DNA from: Mobula hypostoma
Lineage: Eukaryota
NCBI RefSeq assembly: GCF_963921235.1
Contig: NC_086108.1
Location: forward strand, 53,074,001-53,138,000
Length of the DNA stretch: 64,000 nt
Direction: 5' to 3'
This document shows positions 61,304-64,000 of the stretch, in pieces (position 1 is the stretch's first letter; every line of letters starts with the position of its first letter). Both the position numbers and the translations under genes were made by a program. The notes below the pieces were generated by a model, which ran no database searches, was not told where the DNA came from, and saw only the letters and a list, made by a program, of their open reading frames with translations.

Positions 61304-64000
61304 AAGGTGTATATATTTCAATGCTAGGAGTATTGCGGGGAAGGCGGATGAGTTGAGGGCATGGATTGACACGTGGAATTATGATGTTGTAGCAATTAGT
61401 GAAACTTGGCTACAGGAGGGGCAGGACTGGCAGCTTAATATTCCAGGGTTCCGATGTTTCAGATGTAATCGAGGCAGAGGAATGAAAGGTGGGGGAGTAG
61501 CATTGCTTGTTAGGGAAAATATTACAGCAGTGCTCAGGCAGGACAGATTAGAGGGCTTGTCTACTGAGTCCTTATGGGTGGAGCTGAGAAACAGGAAAGG
61601 TATGGCCACATTAGTGGGATTGTATTACAGACCACCCAATAGTCAACAAGACTTGGAAGAGCAAATCTGCAGAGAGATAGCAGGCAACTGCAGGAAACAT
61701 AAAGTTGTGGTGGTAGGGGATTTTAATTTTCCATACATTGATTGGGACTCTCATACTGTTAGGGGTCTAGATGGTTTAGAGTTTGTAAAATGTGTTCAGG
61801 AAAGTTTTCTAAATCAATATATAGAGGGACCAACTAGAGGGGATGCAATATTGGATCTCCTGTTAGGAAGCGAATTAGGGCAAGTGACGGAAGTGTGTGT
61901 AGGGGAGCACTTTGGTTCCAGTGATCATAACACCATTAGTTTCAACTTGATCATGGACAAGGATAGATCTGGTCCTAGGGTTGAGGTTCTGAACTGGAAG
62001 AAGGCCAAATTTGAAGAAATGAGAAAGGATCTAAAAAGTGTGGATTGGGACAGGTTGTTCTCTGGCAAAGATGTGATTGGTAGGTGGGAAGCCTTCAAAG
62101 GGGAAATTTTGAGAGTGCAGAGTTTGTATGTTCCTGTCAGGATTAAAGGCAAATTGAATAGGAATAAGGAACCTTGGTTCTCAAGGGATATTGCAACTCT
62201 GATAAAGAAGAAGAGGGAATTGTATGAAATGTATAGGAAAAAGGGGGTAAATCAGGTGCTTGAGGAGTATAAGAAGTGCAAGAAAATACTTAAGAAAGAA
62301 ATCAGGAGGGCTAAAAGAAGACATGAGGTTGCCTTGGCAGTCAAAGTGAAGGAGAATCCAAAGAGCTTTTACAAGTATATTAAGAGCAAAAGGATTGTAA
62401 GGGATAAAATTGGTCCTCTTGAAGATCAGAGTGGTCGGCTTTGTGCGGAACCAAAGGAAATGGGGGAGATCTTAAATAGGTTTTTTGCGTCTGTATTTAC
62501 TAAGGAAGCTGGCATGAAATCTATGGAATTGAGGGAATCAAGTAGTGAGACCATGGAAACTGTACAGATTGAAAAGGAGGAGGTGCTTGCTGTCTTGAGG
62601 AAAATTAAAGTGGATAAATCCCCGGGACCTGACAGAGTGTTCCCTCGGACCTTGAAGGAGACTAGTGTTGAAATTGCGGGGGCGCTGGCAGAAATATTTT
62701 AAATGTCGCTGTCTACGGGTGAAGTGCCGGAGGATTGGAGAGTGGCTCATGTTGTTCCGTTGTTTAAAAAAGGATCGAAAAGTAATCCGGGAAATTATAG
62801 GCCGGTGAGTTTAACGTCAGTAGTAGGTAAGTTATTGGAGGGAGTACTAAGAGACAGAATCTACAAGCATTTGGATAGACAGGGGCTTATTAGGGAGAGT
62901 CAACATGGCTTTGTGCATGGTAGGTCATGTTTGACCAATCTGTTGGAGTTTTTCGAGGAGGTTACCAGGAAAGTGGATGAAGGGAAGGCAGTGGATATTG
63001 TCTACATGGACTTCAGTAAGGCCTTTGACAAGGTCCCGCATGAGAGGTTAGTTAGGAAAATTCAGTCGCTAGGTACACATGGAAAGGTGGTAAATTGGAT
63101 TAGACATTGGCTCGTTGGAAGAAGCCAGAGAGTGGTGGTAGAGAATTGCTTCTCTGAGTGGAGGCCTGTGACTAGTGGTGTGCCACAGGGATCAGTGCTG
63201 GGTCCATTGTTATTTGTCATCTATATCAATGATCTGGATGATAATGTGGTAAATTGGATCAGCAAGTTTGCTGATGATACAAAGATTGGAGGTTTTGTAG
63301 ACAGTGAGGAAGGTTTACAGAGCCTGCAGAGGGACTTGGACCAGCTGGAAAAATGGGCTGAAAAATGGCAGATGGAGTTTAATACTGACAAGTGTGAGGT
63401 ATTGCACGTTGGAAGGACAAACCAACGTAGAACATACAGGGTTAATGGTAAGGCACTGAGGAGTGCAGTGGAACAGAGGGATCTGGGAATACAGATACAA
63501 AATTCCCTAAAAGTGTCGTCACAGGTAGATAGGGTCGTAAAGAGAGCTTTTGGTACATTGGCCTTTATTAATCGAAGTATTGAGTATAAGAGCTGGAATG
63601 TTATGATGAGGTTGTATAAGGCATTGGTGAGGCCGAATCTGGAGTATTGTGTTCAGTTTTGGTCACCAAATTACAGGAAGGATATCAATAAGGTTGAAAG
63701 AGTGCAGAGAAGGTTTACAAGGATGTTGCCGGGACTTGAGAAACTCAGTTACAGAGAAAGGTTGAATAGGTTAGGACTTTATTCCCTAGAGTGTAGAAGA
63801 ATGAGGGGAGATTTGATAGAGGTATATAAAATTATGATGGGTATAGATAGAGTGAATGCAAGCAGGCTCTTTCCACTGAGGCAAGGGGAGAAAAAAACCA
63901 GAGGACATGGGTTAAGGGTGAGGGGGGAAAAGTTTAAAGGGAACATTAGGGGGGGCTTCTTCACACAGAGAGTGGTGGGAGTATGGAATGAGCTGCCAGA
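61304..64000 (+). mobile_element. Young CR1 LINE ORF2 (APE endonuclease plus reverse transcriptase), one nonsense codon, runs off window
   Basis: YFNARSI, AISETWL, YYRPPNS, VGDFNFP, SDHN; TAA at 62700-62702; same frame then open to 64000 with NYRPVSLTS, DFSKAFD, GVPQGSVLGP, FADDTK. Confidence 0.97.

Noticed and set aside
61353..62702. 449-aa ORF as a host endonuclease gene
   Set aside because: It is the N-terminal half of CR1 ORF2; RT continues in frame after a single stop

Overview
Vertebrate nuclear DNA, most likely from a cartilaginous fish (probably a ray, inferred from the repeat families). It is AT-rich and contains no intact host protein-coding gene that I can recognise. Much of the window is retroelement debris. 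There are many nested CR1 LINEs (one near-full-length with an SGNH-esterase ORF1, one very young ORF2 with a single stop), Rex1/Babar LINEs, Penelope fragments and a decayed Sushi-type Gypsy chromovirus with both LTRs. It also holds two 1.4-kb solo LTRs in inverted orientation with 5-bp TSDs, hAT MITEs and an old Deu-domain SINE. Four observations stand out. (1) A chain of splice-site-bounded, largely phase-compatible segments at ~3.6-8.0 kb reads as a decayed single-pass receptor gene (signal peptide, FN3-like repeats, TM helix, possible tyrosine-kinase start), split by a Penelope insertion. (2) ~190-bp Penelope-derived fold-back elements have 13-15 bp TSDs, and their loops carry a minimal hammerhead-ribozyme motif. 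(3) The solo LTRs have a minisatellite-expanded interior and a shared ~190-aa ORF. (4) A CpG-rich, non-tRNA short retroposon sits inside the Gypsy RT catalytic motif. Boundaries of old repeats are approximate and were read by eye.
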